Shown here in pieces: positions 10,985-24,619 of a stretch of 64,000 nt of DNA; within the stretch, counting starts at the first letter, position 1; each line of letters opens with the position of its first letter. The notes below the pieces were generated by a model. The model was not told the DNA's origin. It worked only from the letters and a program-made list of their open reading frames with translations, and did no database searches. The position numbers and the translations under genes are program-made. The DNA is from Eledone cirrhosa (lineage: Eukaryota). The stretch lies in the NCBI GenBank assembly GCA_964016885.1, contig CAXHJY010000447.1, positions 1 to 64,000 on the forward strand. Direction: 5' to 3'.

Positions 10985-13346
10985 TTATACTTCTCTTAGG
11001 TCAGTGTTGCTTGTTTGGGTGTTGTTGTTATTCCATTCATTCTTTCTGTTTAGTCTTGGCCTTCTAATTTCTATTTCACTGGCCTCTCTGATTTGCCTAT
11101 CTGCTGGGTCATTTCTATGTTTAGATATTATTCTAATTTCTATGTTGTCTATGTTACCGTCATGTTGTTGTCTAGCATGTTCGTATAGTACTGAACCGTT
11201 TTTTCGTCCTTTTAGTTCCCCCCAGTGTTGGTCTATCCTTTCACCTATGCTACGAGCTGTCTCACCTATGTATGTTGTTGTCATGTTTCTGCAAGTACCC
11301 TCTGTACATCTTATGCTATAGACTACGTTTCTAGTTTTACAGTTTATCCGGGGGTTTACCTTACAAATGATACATTTCCTATTGGTACAGTGGGTTTTCT
11401 TAAAAGGGTAGGTTTTGCTGATCAGGGATTTTATAGTGGTTCCTGGCTTTTCTACCACCTTAATTTTTAAGTGGGTCTTTCTCAGGGCCTTTCTACACTG
11501 GTTAGCTAATTTCCCTCCAGGGGTAGCGTCCACAAACATGACACTCTGGTATCTCTGGTTGTCCTACCATGAGGTGGCTTTCCCTATCTTATGTCTAGCC
11601 CTATCTAAGCTATTCCATGATTTGCTCCTGTATAATGGGCAAATTCCTTTCATGTCCAGTTCTATGAGGGTCTTATACTTCTCCATGGCTCCTTCGTATA
11701 CTTTGACTCTGTCTCTTTGGTTGTAGCCAGAGAACTGCATGCGGTTGATGAAGTGTTGGATGTGTCTTTCCATTTCTGTTGGGTCGCACATGCTGGACAC
11801 ATTCTTCATTACTCGTACCAAGTCTGCGATCAGAATATTAAACTTAGCACTACTTGACATTGCTGAGTTTTTGAGTATCAGGTATTTGGAGGCCATGGGT
11901 TTAGCATAGTATGAGTGGAGAAGTTGGGCTCTCTCGTCTATAGTGTCAATCCAGAATTCTGTGTCTAATACAGGTAGTCTATTGTTAGGGTGTTTGGAAG
12001 GGAAGTCGATAGTTACAGTTATACTCTGGTGTATGGAATTAGCTATCTGCTGGATGCTTTCCATCGTGCTACGTTCTAAATCAAACTTGTTAGTGCTTTC
12101 TAGTGGGGATGTTCTTATAACTATATTGATATCGTCTACATAACGAGAGTACATGATGAGGTCTATGGAGCTCTCATTAAGGAGATCTTTAAGTCTCCTT
12201 TCCCACCATACCATGAAAAGGTTGGCCATATCACCAGCTATGCTGACGCCAATGGCTGCACCCTCATTTTGGGTGTAGATCTTCTCGTTGAACTTAAATA
12301 TGTGGCCCTTTAGGGTAGTTTTGATACTAGCCCATATTGCATGTGCGACCATTTTTCTTAACTGATCATTGTTTTGGGGGGTCCGTATAGCTTTGGTCCA
12401 CCCAATCCACCTTCCCATGGGAGTCTTTTTTGCCATTGAGGTTATGGTGGGGGGGTCTACCTCTTATGGGTCTACTAGGGCAGAAACGTCTAAGGTCATG
12501 GCTGTCTAGGTAGTCAGTGTCGTAGGTAAGTCTAAGTAGGAGGCCCAGTTCGTCTGTGTCGACGTCGCAGAACTCCACCCCACTCTCAATGATCACCTCC
12601 ACACATCTTTTCACAGCAAAATCAATGTTAATGGATGGGTACAGTGACACCACATCCATGCTGCCTATTATGCAGTTGGATAGGTTCCTGTTTTTGTTGC
12701 ACTCACTGATTCTGCTGAGGAGGTCCTCTGTACTGTCACATACATCTGGAGAAATCTTGATTATGGGGCGTATAACCATTGAGAGGAAGTAGGAGATCCT
12801 GTAGTTGCTAGCTATATTAGCTCCGCATACGGGTCTTGTTGGTGGTCCTGTTGTCGGGTCGTCGACTGTCTTGTGGTCTTTGCGGAGCCCATACAAGGGT
12901 GGTATGCCATTGTTAGACGCCTGGAAGTTTTTGGCAGTGCGTCTGCTTGGCTTTAGGATGTCAGTCCACATCATCATATTAGCGTTGAGGATTTTCTCTC
13001 TCCCATCGTGTGTTTGTTGTGCAATTTCGCTCGTGTTGGTGATGTGGGGTTGCATAGCCTTGATATAGTTCGGCATGCTATCTATTGACATCCTACCAGA
13101 CTTATCCGTGGGTAGACATACTACCTCACCATCCCTTGTGCGCTGCTTGAGGCTAACCAAGCCTTCTACAGGTTTCCTCTCAAGTTGTTGGGCCTCTGGT
13201 CTGCTCTGTCTCTTAGTATACCTGTCTACTATTTGTCTAATCTTATTTCTAGCTATGGTGAACTGTGCCTCTGTCTCGTCATCTATTTGTTGTGGTATGC
13301 AAACTCTTTTATTAAAGGGTAACCTCGTAGGATAGATATTACCCAT
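10985..13346 (-). pseudogene. PLE-A polyprotein (RT plus GIY-YIG), one frameshift at the G-run ~12450 and one TAG at 11564
   Basis: PPLYGLRKDHK, RPVC, SMDVVSLYPSI, YTQNEGAAIG, YSRYVDD, LPVLD, YAKPM, SGY, CTNRKCIIC, VVYSIRC, YIGETARS, LNRK. Confidence 0.9.
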
Positions 13347-13656
13347 CTTATATGTTTGTCAGCTGGGTTGAAAAATAGTTTCTCTAAGGGGTTGTCATTA
13401 TATCTATCGTCGTAGTAGTGTGTGTTGCTATTATTGTTATCATGGTGGTTGTTGTTGTTTCTATCATTAGCATTATTATTATTGTTATGATTGCTAGATG
13501 TATTGTTGTTTACTTCACCGTTATTGTTGTTGTTACTGCTATTTCTACCATTGTGGTTATTACACAAATATGACCCTCCCCAAGTATAACAATATTTGTT
13601 TCGACACACGATTTCATATAAAAAACCTCGCAAAACTAATTCATATATATATATAT

Positions 13657-13762
<106 letters not shown>

Positions 13763-15193
13763 TTGACCAAAGATAGGGCTCAATATGAAGTGTAGAGCCA
13801 AATATCTATTAAAAATGATATCGTTTTGAAATATATATTTGTGCATATATATAAACATACATACAGAAACATATATATATTTATATATTTATATATGTAT
13901 GTCTTAATGTGTAAGCTGTGTCCATGGTCAATGGACACACCATTCTAAGATAGGTTGATCCAACAGTTGTAAATAGGGACTTTTATATGTAGGGTAAATT
14001 GTTAGGTTGCATTACTGATTATCGTTCTTCATATGTAAATTTAGTTATATTGTAAGGGCAATTGGTTGTCTCTTCAAAATTTGTTGCCAGAATCCAGTGG
14101 AAAATATATTATAATATAATGAAATAGGAGCCGATTCTCATCAGACCAAAGAAACTATGTTTTATTTTGTCTTTTCGTTTCTGATACTATCTGTTAGAGA
14201 ATTGTTGGCACACTGTATAACAAACTCATGCAACCTTTGCCAACATTGAAAAACAAATGCTAAAATGTGGATGATACAATTACAATATAAATGTGTATTA
14301 ATAAAATATGTAAATAAGAGTATATTTTCTGAATATGCATATATTTAGAACAGATATAAAAAAGAATTAAAGAGCAGCCAGTTATTTATAATGTACTTAC
14401 TGAATAAGACCATATTTGAGGTCAGCACAATAATATTGAAGTATATTTCATGTAAATCAAGTACATGCTCTAGTTTTGAATCTCTTTTGTTATCATTTGG
14501 CATTGCTTTGGTACATTTCTATTTTTAAAGTAAAGCATGCACAATACACAATCTCATACCCTATCCACTATACATGTAATATGTCATCATCATCATTATT
14601 ATCCTGGAGAACACTGATGGTCTTAGGAAAGGTACAGATATCAAAAACGTTCTTCTTCTTCGGTTTCATATCTGTGTAAGAGATAATTTTTATAGCAGTT
14701 GTTATAAAATAGCAATAAGCTTTTAGAAAGCCATGACTGAGCCCTAGCATTGACTATACGTTGTAAACACATGAGTTATGTTGCCAATTTTCCTGAAATT
14801 GCCTCTTATTCTGCAGATTTATGTCTTCATAATAAATCAAAGTTTAACTACAACAGATGAAGCACGAAAGCTCTTGCTCAACAGATTGAAATTTTTCCTT
14901 TGTTTTGTTTATTTTTTCCTTTCTGCTCTTCACTATTCTTTGTTTATCTTTCATTCAATTTTTATTTTCATTCCTTCCACCCACCTTCCTTTTCTATCTA
15001 ATTGCATTTTCATTCCATTAATATTTTTTATATTATATATATATATTTATTTGAGTGTTTATTTTCTTCACTGTTTCTTTAACTTTTATTTTTTATATTC
15101 TGTTTGCCTACACTTAAAATATCTTTTCTTTCATATCTTTATTTACTACTTTCATTTGCTTCTTCTCTTTGGCTCCTTTCTATTTTCTTTTGC

Positions 15194-15249
<56 letters not shown>

Positions 15250-16071
15250 GCATAACTTTACTTTGATAACTTTGATAGGTTTCGGCCAGTATTGGCCCAG
15301 GCCATGTCTAACTTAATAGCCCCACCTTATATATATAATCATCAATTTTTTTCAGTGTTTTTCTTACTTCCCTTCTTTTGTTTTAAAAAGAATAAGAAGT
15401 TGCATGCTTTCCTTTTTTTTTACATTCAGAATATATAAAAATTTCTCCATATATTTCTGCTATAAAGATGACTTCATGAATTTTTTTTTGTCAAAAGTTC
15501 TTCAGATTATATTTCCTATAATTTGTTTTAATATATTTTCCTTGCTATCATACAAATTCCTATTTTTATGGGAATTTGTGGCCAACAGCATTTTTTCTAA
15601 ATTAAGTATTTGAAATTCTTGAATAATTAGTTCAAGCATCATGGGGTCCATTCAATGACAATGCTTTCTTTTGTGTCCTTAAGGTAAGTATATTTCTCTA
15701 TCTGTTTCACAGTAGTAATTCACACTGTTCTGTGCCTCTCGGATGATGATATGAGGATTTGAAATGCAACTTTGCTAAAGTCCCTCAACATATTATATTA
15801 GTATAATATTTCAAATATTACATCCAAGTGGTCCCACAATTGACAATGAAGGGGAGTTGTTCATAAACTAATATGTCATACATCAATAATGTAAAACACT
15901 TTTCAAAGTAGTTCTTAAACTAGGTTGATAAATTCAAGATACTGCTTATATAGTTTAGCCTTTTCAAAATTTAACACCACTACCACAACCATCATCATCA
16001 CCAGCACAACCCCACCACTACCACCAGCACAACCACCACCACCACTACCACCACTAACACCAGCACCACCA

Positions 16072-16102
<31 letters not shown>

Positions 16103-17176
16103 TTTCTGTCTACTTTCTCTACTTGCATGGATTGAAAGGTTTGCAGCAGTCTGAATAAGTTCTTATTAAGAGTTACTTTCCCCATAAATGGGTAAGAAGA
16201 CCATATTTCAATGGTACATTCTATTTTTTTGCCATGGAGTATATAGCTGGATGCCCATCCCAATACCAACAACTTAGCAGGGAGTAGTAGGTGCGTTTTT
16301 TCAGGAAACCATCACAAGAGTTTTTTTATGCTCACAGCAAAACTTTAGAACCTTCTCTGCATCAACCACTTTACAGGGTGTGCTGGCTGTGTTTTATTAT
16401 GACACCAACATTTAAGAAGTTATGATGTCTCCTAGAAGACAAAAAGAATTCTCTCCACCTTTTGTCATGACCATTCCTTCAAGGTAAATGTATCCAAGAG
16501 TAGGATTTGATACGGAATGATGATCAGGAGACTGAAGGAAGAGAAATTATGAATATGAGTGGGAGGTGGGAAACAAAGGGATAGCATAGTAGGGAGGGAG
16601 ATGGACAGTGTTAGCTACATGAAATATGATGCAAAATTCAAATATGGGAGGGTTCTATTCATCAAGCGTCTGTGAGAATAAACATTCCATTTCATTAGAA
16701 ATATATACAGTATAATATAAACCACCATCATCATCTATACAACACTATCAGTCACATCATGATTCTTATGTGGGAAAATGTATTTACCATTTAGAATTTA
16801 AACCAGCTGTCTGGTCAGCATTCTCTCACCTCTTTCTATTCAAACTGGCCATAACAGGCTGCTCATACTTATGTTAAACTATTGTTCTCAAAATAAATAA
16901 TATCGAAATCCTGTAGATTTGCTATTATATGAGATAATTATGTGAAATAAAGTGTTTACCATGAAAATACAATAGTAAATAAAGAGTAATGTAAATGCTA
17001 AAGGGTTAATAGATGCTGGAATAGTGAAATTGACAAAGCTATAATTTCCCTTAGTCAAAGCATTGTTAAATACACACTCTTGGTGCAGCATATTTAGGCA
17101 CTTAGATAATACATTCGATTTGAATTTTTTCTGCATAATTTGAATGCAAATATATTTTTCAGATGTTTTGTGTTTT

Positions 17177-17358
17177 GGATTGGCAGTATCGGTAGGGGGT
17201 CGGACGCCATGCTTTCCAGCATAGTTACGTCCCTTTACAGTCTGAGTTCAAATCCCGCTGAGGCTAACTTTGCCTTTCATCCTTATGGAGTCGATAAAAT
17301 AAAGTACCAGTAATGCACTGGGAAAATTGCTGGCCTTGTGCCAAAAGTAGAAACAATT
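17177..17358 (+). mobile_element. SINE family S1
   Basis: Aligns with 1057-1241. Confidence 0.8.
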
Positions 17359-18059
17359 ATCTATAAGTGTACCTGTTTTATTATTTTCTAATTAGTTAAG
17401 ACTATAGAAAATAGAACTTATTCAGATTATTAATCCAGATTTATAATGATTATCTAATATGCTCTTAGGTATTTAATGAATTGATTTACAGTTTTATATA
17501 CCAAATTTTGTGAGTAATAAATAAGTTAATGTAAACTGATTGTTAATTGGCTGACATATATACTTAGGTTTTTAGCTATATAATTAATATATTTTCAATT
17601 TTTTGTATAACTAATTTTCAAGGTTACTGGTGTGCATGGAAGAGATTCTATGAATCGAGTGGCATGCTAATGAATGTTGTTGAAACTGAAAGGTTCATTG
17701 TAGGTTGCATATGTGGGAAATGCCATGATTGATGGAAGTAGTAGTTTTAAACTTTGCAATGGATTTTCAATCTATCTCAGGTAAATTTGCCTGTCTCAAT
17801 AGCAAAGAATTGAACTCACAAAGTAAGGTCACATAGTATAAGTTATCATATCACTTCACCAGTTTTATCTCTATATATAAGTATTATAAGGGAAGTAACA
17901 TTTCCCCAATCAGGCATCAAAATATCCTTGTGGGTTTTGATCACTGGGAGATGTATACCTTTACTATAGTATGATACATGCCATACATATATTATAACCT
18001 GTCAATTACACATTCCTATGTAAATAAAATCCATTTTGCACTACTCAATCTTTGATATG

Positions 18060-18245
18060 ATTGCTTGAGCTATTAGAAATAGCAGCAGGCCACCCTCAAA
18101 TCACACACCACTATCTTACATATGGATAACACATTGAATAATGTCGTCTTGAAGGCATCTGACTAAAGAAAAAGGTAGGATATGTTCCTGGAAACATTTT
18201 TTATCCATAGATTTGTTTGATCAGACCATACTTAGCACTAAACAA
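18060..18245 (-). repeat. Old dispersed ~190-bp repeat (about 10 decayed copies: ~19725, 31190, 32510, 36385, 44870, 45660, 46545, 49320, 49630)
   Basis: Recurrent motifs gttgtttagccc...gatcaaa..cattccag..atgaccat...tttgaggga.atttggctgctatttctagcagg. Confidence 0.55.
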
Positions 18246-18340
18246 CATCTACATCATCATCAACAACAACAACAACACCTCTCACATTTTCTACTTTATG
18301 CTAGAATTTATATCAGCTATACAACATGTACAAAATATAT

Positions 18341-18600
18341 TTAACCCTTCTGATATCAAACTACTTGAAACCAATCCTAGTTCTATGATATGAAAACTTT
18401 GCTTTAAAGTGTTCATATTTAAATTTAAACTTTCATAATTTTATGTAAGGCAATTTTGTTAAGTTATGTTTCAATTAGCAGTTTGAAATTTAGAAAGCTA
18501 GTTGTTTTACTAAATCACTTAAAATTCTGGTTTATTTAAAAAAGGAATTGGAAATCATAGGAAGTGTATTTCGTTAGATATATTATAATGAAAGGGTTAA
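18341..18600. mobile_element. piggyBac-like MITE (TTAA-CCCTT ... AAGGG-TTAA)
   Basis: TTAA at both ends with short CCCTT/AAGGG inverted termini; related decayed copies near 1-291, 28980-29240, possibly 16800-17009 and 32060-32393. Confidence 0.6.
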
Positions 18601-20073
18601 TTATTTATGCAAAAGTTGTATTTATATTATAAATTAACGTTTCAGAGTGAGCAATCTGAATCTATTTCTCATTATATCATCATCATCATCATCGTTTAAT
18701 GTCCATCTTCCACGCTAGCATGGAATCAATAGTGCTAAGTGTTGTTTATCTCAAAATCAACTCAGATTTATGCATTTCTAGATTTCCAACTAGGGTCAAG
18801 CTTAGCTTGCTGATTTTGTTGTCCTTGATAACTTCCCAATTCAATATAACACACACACATATATATCATTATCACCATTTAACATCCATTTTTCTTATTA
18901 TACATAGAGATGTGTACTACTGTAGTAGATCAGTTATACTTCCAAAATACTTCTGGTCAATTCAACACTGTACAAGTATAGCTTTGTTCATTCCTCTTTT
19001 TATTATCTTTTCTTTCTCTCTAGATTGCTTCACACTTTCCTTTATTTTACTTATTTACTTATCTATTTATTCATTCATTCATTTTTAGTTTTGTTTTACT
19101 ATAATCTTTTCTGTCTTTGTTTCTTTATTTCATCATTGTCATCTAACAAAATTCCTTCTTTTCCTATAATTACTTTTTTCTCATTCTTTTATTTGTTGCC
19201 ACCTTCTTTTCATGAATATTGTTGCATAAGAGAAATGAAACATACCAACATCCAATGTTTATCAGAAACAAAATAAATGCAATGAGATTGTGTTAGTTGA
19301 TTATCAAATAAATGCCATTAGAACATTCTAGAAGAAAAATAAGACTAAAAAAGCATGAACAAAGTGAGAATTGTTTTTGCTGAAATTAATACAAGTGGTT
19401 AGAAGACTTTTAAAGTTAAAGAAGTTAACATGTAACAGCTGTTTCTGTTTAGTGTCTTCTACTAACGTAACTAATTAAAGTGTTATTCTTGGGGTAGTTA
19501 ATGGAATATGAAAAAAAAAAGAGTAACATTACAAGTGTTATATTGAATTTCAAAGATATGTTTTATTTCAAACATTAGAAGTGTCTAGAAATATTTCCTA
19601 TGAGACACCCAATTGTGTGATCAAAAAAGAAAGTGAGATATATCAGGATAATCTTGTTGCTTTGGTAAAACTTTTCAACTCATAAAAGCATATAGATACT
19701 CAAGTAAACATACAGACATATGTGTGGTGTTGTTTAGACCCACATCAGTCTCAAGCGTTCCATCCATGACCACCTTGTTCTTTCCAGCATTGTGTACTAA
19801 AACTGCATCATTCAATGTGGAGTTTCTTTTTCAAGATTACAGTGTTATATTGAGGAATATTTTAATGCTATTTCATGCAGGTTAAACAACCACCCAGAGA
19901 TTCTTTACTGGCTTTGATGGACACTTTCTTGTTCACAAGTGTTTTTAGGCCTCATATCATGTTCCCTTACTTTATCTGATGAGAACACAATTTTTATCCC
20001 AGGTTGATGTTGTTTTCGAAATGCGCATAATAAAATATATGGAACTATTTTAACCTTCTTTTAATTTCTTCTT

Positions 20074-20102
<29 letters not shown>

Positions 20103-20105
<3 letters not shown>

Positions 20106-20300
20106 GGAAAATGTTTAACCCCGACGGCAGAGCTCAAGCCGTTTCGACGGCTATTTCTGGAGTCCAGAAATAGCTGTCGAAACGGCTTGAGCTCTGCCGT
20201 CGGGGTTAAACATTTTCCTATTACCCACTCTACTACCCTAAGTATTGAGTACTCTGGTGCGTTATGGTCTGTCTGGTTCCTTAGCACACTTCCTTCGGTA
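20103..20300 (+). mobile_element. Fold-back element family E (58-bp near-perfect hairpin plus tail) carrying the 3' half of a hammerhead
   Basis: Hairpin 20103-20221; GAAAC-ggc..gcc-GTC-gggg; second copy at 35034-35233; flanked by (TA)n. Confidence 0.7.
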
Positions 20301-20460
20301 TATATATATATATATATATATATATAAGCAAAGAGTTATTTAATTTGTTGGTTATTCAACAAATGTATTTATAACAGATTCGAAGTACTCTACAGAATTT
20401 CTTCTGAAGTATAATATCACTAATATTAATAAATGGAAACTATCTTTATAAAACCATATT

Positions 20461-20522
20461 TATTTTATTATATATATTTCAAGGGTACCAACATTTTTGG
20501 TACGCTTTCATCAGATAAAATA
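20461..20522 (-). ncRNA. Type I hammerhead in inverted 5' pLTR of PLE-C
   Basis: tattttat-CTGATGA-aagcgtacca aaaatgt tggtaccctt-GAAA-tatat-ATA-ataaaata: 8-bp stem I, 9/10-bp stem II. Confidence 0.8.
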
Positions 20523-20571
20523 CAAAAGTTGTAGAGCACTTTAAACTATAAAAGATTATAAATAATTAATA

Positions 20572-22790
20572 ATGGAATTTTTAAAGTTCTCTTCATCTCT
20601 CAAGGATGTACCTTTACCTACCAATAAAGAATATTTGAAACAGCTAATAAAAAAATCTGATTCTTTCATAAGGAGAATCAGATGGCGCGCTTTCCATTTT
20701 GAAAAGAAATCGGAAAATGAAAAATATAAATCTAAATATAACTTTGATCTTATATTTAAATCCAGGAAAAATCCACCTTTCAACAAACTATTAGCTGAAT
20801 TTGAAAATGAAATAATCTCCATAATACAAAATATTAAATTTAAAAGGAGCCAATATAAAGGCCAGGAATACCTCAAAGCCTCAAAAACAAAATAGATAAC
20901 CTGAGAAAAAAACAAAGAAGATCGTCATAAAATCCGACAAAACTAACAATTTATACGGAATAGAAAATAATTTAATATTGAAAGAACTTAGGAAGAATTA
21001 TAAAAAAAAACTCTAATGAAGATCTATCAACCCTAAATAAAGAAGCTTCGGAAATTATTTACAAATTAGGTATTCAAAATAAGACTGAACCTTTCATACC
21101 AAGGAAACCAAAGATAAACATGAAGGACCACAAAAGAAATTTCGAAGTGGAACTACCAGTCAGACTTATTGCACCATCTATATCTGATTTAGGCATAATT
21201 AGCAAACATATACTAGATAGGATCATACCAGTACTTAAGCATAAATCACACCTTAATCTCTGGAACGGCACTCATGAAGTAATAGATTGGTTCGCAGACA
21301 TTAAATTAAAACATAGGAAAACATTTATACAAATGGATATTGCTAATTACTACTCCTCAATTACTCCTAACTTACTTAATAAGGCACTTATTTACGCTTC
21401 AAAATATACTGACTTATCTAGTGATGAAATAAATATCATTTTAACCGCACGTAAAACCCTAATTGAATTTAATAACCATCTCTGGACAAGAGCTGATAGA
21501 CAGAACAATTTTGATATCACAATGGGATCATCTGACTCAGCCCAAGTAACAGTCCTTGTTGGAATATTTATTCTTAATGTACTACATAGAACACTTCCAG
21601 AGATGGCCGGAGGTTTATATCGCGACAATATGTTACTTATAGTTGATAACCATAGCAATAGCGAACTTAGTAGGAAAAAGAAAATTATCATAAAATTGTT
21701 CAATAATTATAACCTTAAATTAGAAATTGAGAATAATAATAAAACTGTTAACTTCTTAGATGTCACTTTAGTTCAGGACTAATCCATAAGATTAATGAAA
21801 ACCTTCACTATGTAAGCTTCCATGCTAATCATCCTAGAAATGTCAAAAATGCTATTGTCAATAGTGTCCAGCAACGAACTTCACGCATTTCAGCCCCAAA
21901 AAATATTTTTGATAATAAGACAGAATATTACAATGACGATTACATAGAGCTGGTTACATGAATAAAATTAAATACTTAGATAACAATAACATGCAAAATC
22001 ATCCTAAAATTTACTATAATAATAATAATAAGCAATTTAGCATAAATAGTAAATCAAACAAAAGAACTAGAACTACAAGTATTATTTGGTACTCTCCCCC
22101 AATCTCAGGAGTTTAAACACCTGTAGCAAATCTATTTTTCAAAGCATTAGATAAGTGTTTTCCTAAATCCCATAGATACCACTCTATTTTTAACAGACAT
22201 ACTATAAAACTATCTTACTTTACTACTATGAACATAGCACAACATATTAATAGAGTTAATAATAGAAACTTAAATTTAAACCCAACACAATTAAACCAAA
22301 ATAACAATATTAATATTACTAATAACAGTATTAATACTAATGATAATCGTACTGTTCCTATAGACAACAACTCTAGAAAATGTAACTGTAGAAACGAAAT
22401 AAATTGCCCTTTACAGAATAATTGTCTATATAAATGCGCAGTAAAAACTAGAGATAAAATATACAACTATATGGGAGCCACTTCAACAAAATTTAAGGAA
22501 CGCTGGTATAATCACAAACATACGTTTAATAGATCAGACAAAACATTTTCAACATCACTTTCACATCTAATTTGGTACTTAAAAGACAATAATATCGACT
22601 ATTCAATCTCTTGAAGAGCGATTTCGAAAGCGCTCGCATACCGAAATATGGCACTCTCAAGAATTTGTCATTTGTGTATTGAGGAAATATTTCATATACT
22701 TACCAATCAAAACTCTAAATAAAAAGAAAGAATTATTCACCTCTTGAAAACATCGTCAATCTAAGACGTTCAGAAGTATCTATAATCTAG
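20572..22790 (+). pseudogene. PLE-C RT plus GIY-YIG polyprotein, multiple stops and frameshifts
   Basis: ORF fragments 20572-20895, 21120-21782, 22228-22614; catalytic YRDD mutated to YRDN. Confidence 0.85.
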
Positions 22791-24175
22791 AGAAAATATT
22801 ATCTATATTTCACTTGTTTACATTTTATATGTCTTCACTATGTTTTGTTGATGTTTTGTGATGTTTTTTTAAATGATATTTTTCTTTTTAAATAATATAT
22901 TTTTTAATGATATTCTTTTTAAATGAATTTTAAATGATATTTTGAAATATATCTTTTTTGTGATGGTTTTAATGATGTTTCTGAATATACTTTTGATGTC
23001 TGTAATATTTCTTCCTAATAGACTATATAGACATTGCAAAATCCATACATATAAATGCTTAACATATGCATCTAAATGCTATCTAAATACATATATAAAA
23101 GAATTTTTATCTTAGAAAATATGTAATATATGATACTATAAAATCATATATAACATTTTTTTACATATATTTTACATGTATCTTAATTAGAATATATTTT
23201 TTTAAAGTAAATTCTAGAATAAACGGTAAATATAACTTAACTATTTTAACTAAGAAATATTGTAGTTATCTTTTCCTTTATAATGTAACACGCTTACACA
23301 TTTATTCTAAATAACAACTAAACTTTACATAAATATTAACATTTTTTTGTATAATTTCGTTAACTTCGTAAATTTTGCAAATGTATTCCTATCTTGATGC
23401 AACTATTGAATGTACAAAATAATCTTCTATAATAAAATAGAACTACTTCCTTTTTCTTAAATATATATTGAAAATTTAAACAAGAAATTCATCGTAACCC
23501 TTCACATATGAAAAATATTTAAATTATCTCTCTATTAATAAAAACAGCAACATTATGAATATTTATATAAATAACCTGTTGTAATATAATAAAATAAAAT
23601 ATACTTACAACCGTAATTCTTCATAAAATATACTTATAAATATTATCTCTATAATATTAAAACTCACTATTAGAATAGACCCAATAATTAGTAGTATCTC
23701 TCACTTTTTAAAATTGATATTCATCCACTTCAACACATTTATAATTCTCATATTATATTATAGATACTACCAAAATATATAATTATATAATTAAATAAAT
23801 ATAATTATTTCACTCTCTTTGCACCATCAGTAATATGATCCATACAATTATATAATAATAATAATTGTTCCTACTTTAGGCACAAGGCCAGCAATTGTCT
23901 ATTTCTAACTATAATATACTTTTTTCTTATATTCTTTCCTTAAATTTTCTTACACCCTAATATTAATATTAACCTCTTTCTCTTCTTCCCTTAAATAATA
24001 ATCCTAATAATTATTTAAATTTACCTAGCGTCTAAATATAACGATCTTTTTCAACTTTACGTTATCTTCATTAACATATTCATCCTAAGATTTGAATTTC
24101 TTTCACTATTCAAACAGAACTTAAAACGATAAGTTCTTGTTTTTGGATATGTCACTATCTATAAAACAACTTTTG

Positions 24176-24237
24176 TATTTTATCTGATGATTGCGAACCA
24201 AATATGTGGGTACCCTTGAAATATATATAATATAATA
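24176..24237 (+). ncRNA. Type I hammerhead in 3' pLTR of PLE-C (more decayed)
   Basis: tattttat-CTGATGA-ttgcgaaccaaatatgtgggtaccctt-GAAA-tatat-ATA-atataata. Confidence 0.65.
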
Positions 24238-24619
24238 AATATGGTTTTATAAAGATAGTTTTCATTTATTAATATTATATATATATACAGTATATATGTT
24301 AGCTAGGTGTTGCTCGATACACTCGATTTTGTTACAATGTCCATCACACATTGGGTTGTATTCCAGAGTTAAAAGGCCTGTTGTGTGCAATGTGTAAATA
24401 CAGTAAGTAGGATCAAATCACTGTTGCAGCATATACAATCGTTTCAATATTGATCAGCTCAGGGTACAATCATAATGCCTGGATCCTGACTCTTCCTCAA
24501 AATCTCATGAGAAATGCAATTTTATATGTGTAAAGATATATCCAAACTCATACATATATATGTATATTTCTGTTCAAAGTCAGAGGGTGAAGGTTGTTGA
24601 TATATTTGTCTACTTTAAT

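Larger units (their letters stand above)
10495..13642 (-). mobile_element. Near full-length Penelope-like element family A (RT plus C-terminal GIY-YIG, pLTR, inverted 5' pLTR fragment 13567-13642)
   Basis: ORF pieces 13346-12366, 12436-11564, 11539-10985; atatgaccctccccaagtataacaatat at ~13569 is inverted vs 10496-10521; (TA)n on both sides. Confidence 0.92.
20422..24276 (+). mobile_element. Essentially full-length decayed Penelope-like element family C (CxCx5C linker, resembles Hydra clade) with inverted terminal pLTR segments
   Basis: FIRRIRWRAFHF, KDHKRNF..RLIAPS, DIANYYSSI, FDITMGS, GLYRDN, VNFLDVTL, CNCRNEINCPL, YMGATSTKFKERWYNH, CHLC; 20422-20532 inverted vs 24166-24276. Confidence 0.88.

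Noticed and set aside
15630-15690. Strong donor AAG/GTAAGT and a putative exon; similar candidate at 17622-17690
   Set aside because: No recognisable peptide or consistent frame; cannot support a gene
22745-22747. TGA at a position expected to be Cys (ELFTS*KH) in PLE-C, recalling selenoprotein-encoding Naiad PLEs
   Set aside because: The copy has many other lesions, a related fragment near 59397 has TGT, and no SECIS was recognised; only a family consensus retaining TGA would revive this
20422-24276. DNA transposon with long TIRs
   Set aside because: The interior encodes PLE RT/GIY-YIG and the inverted ends carry an HHR, typical of inverted pLTRs
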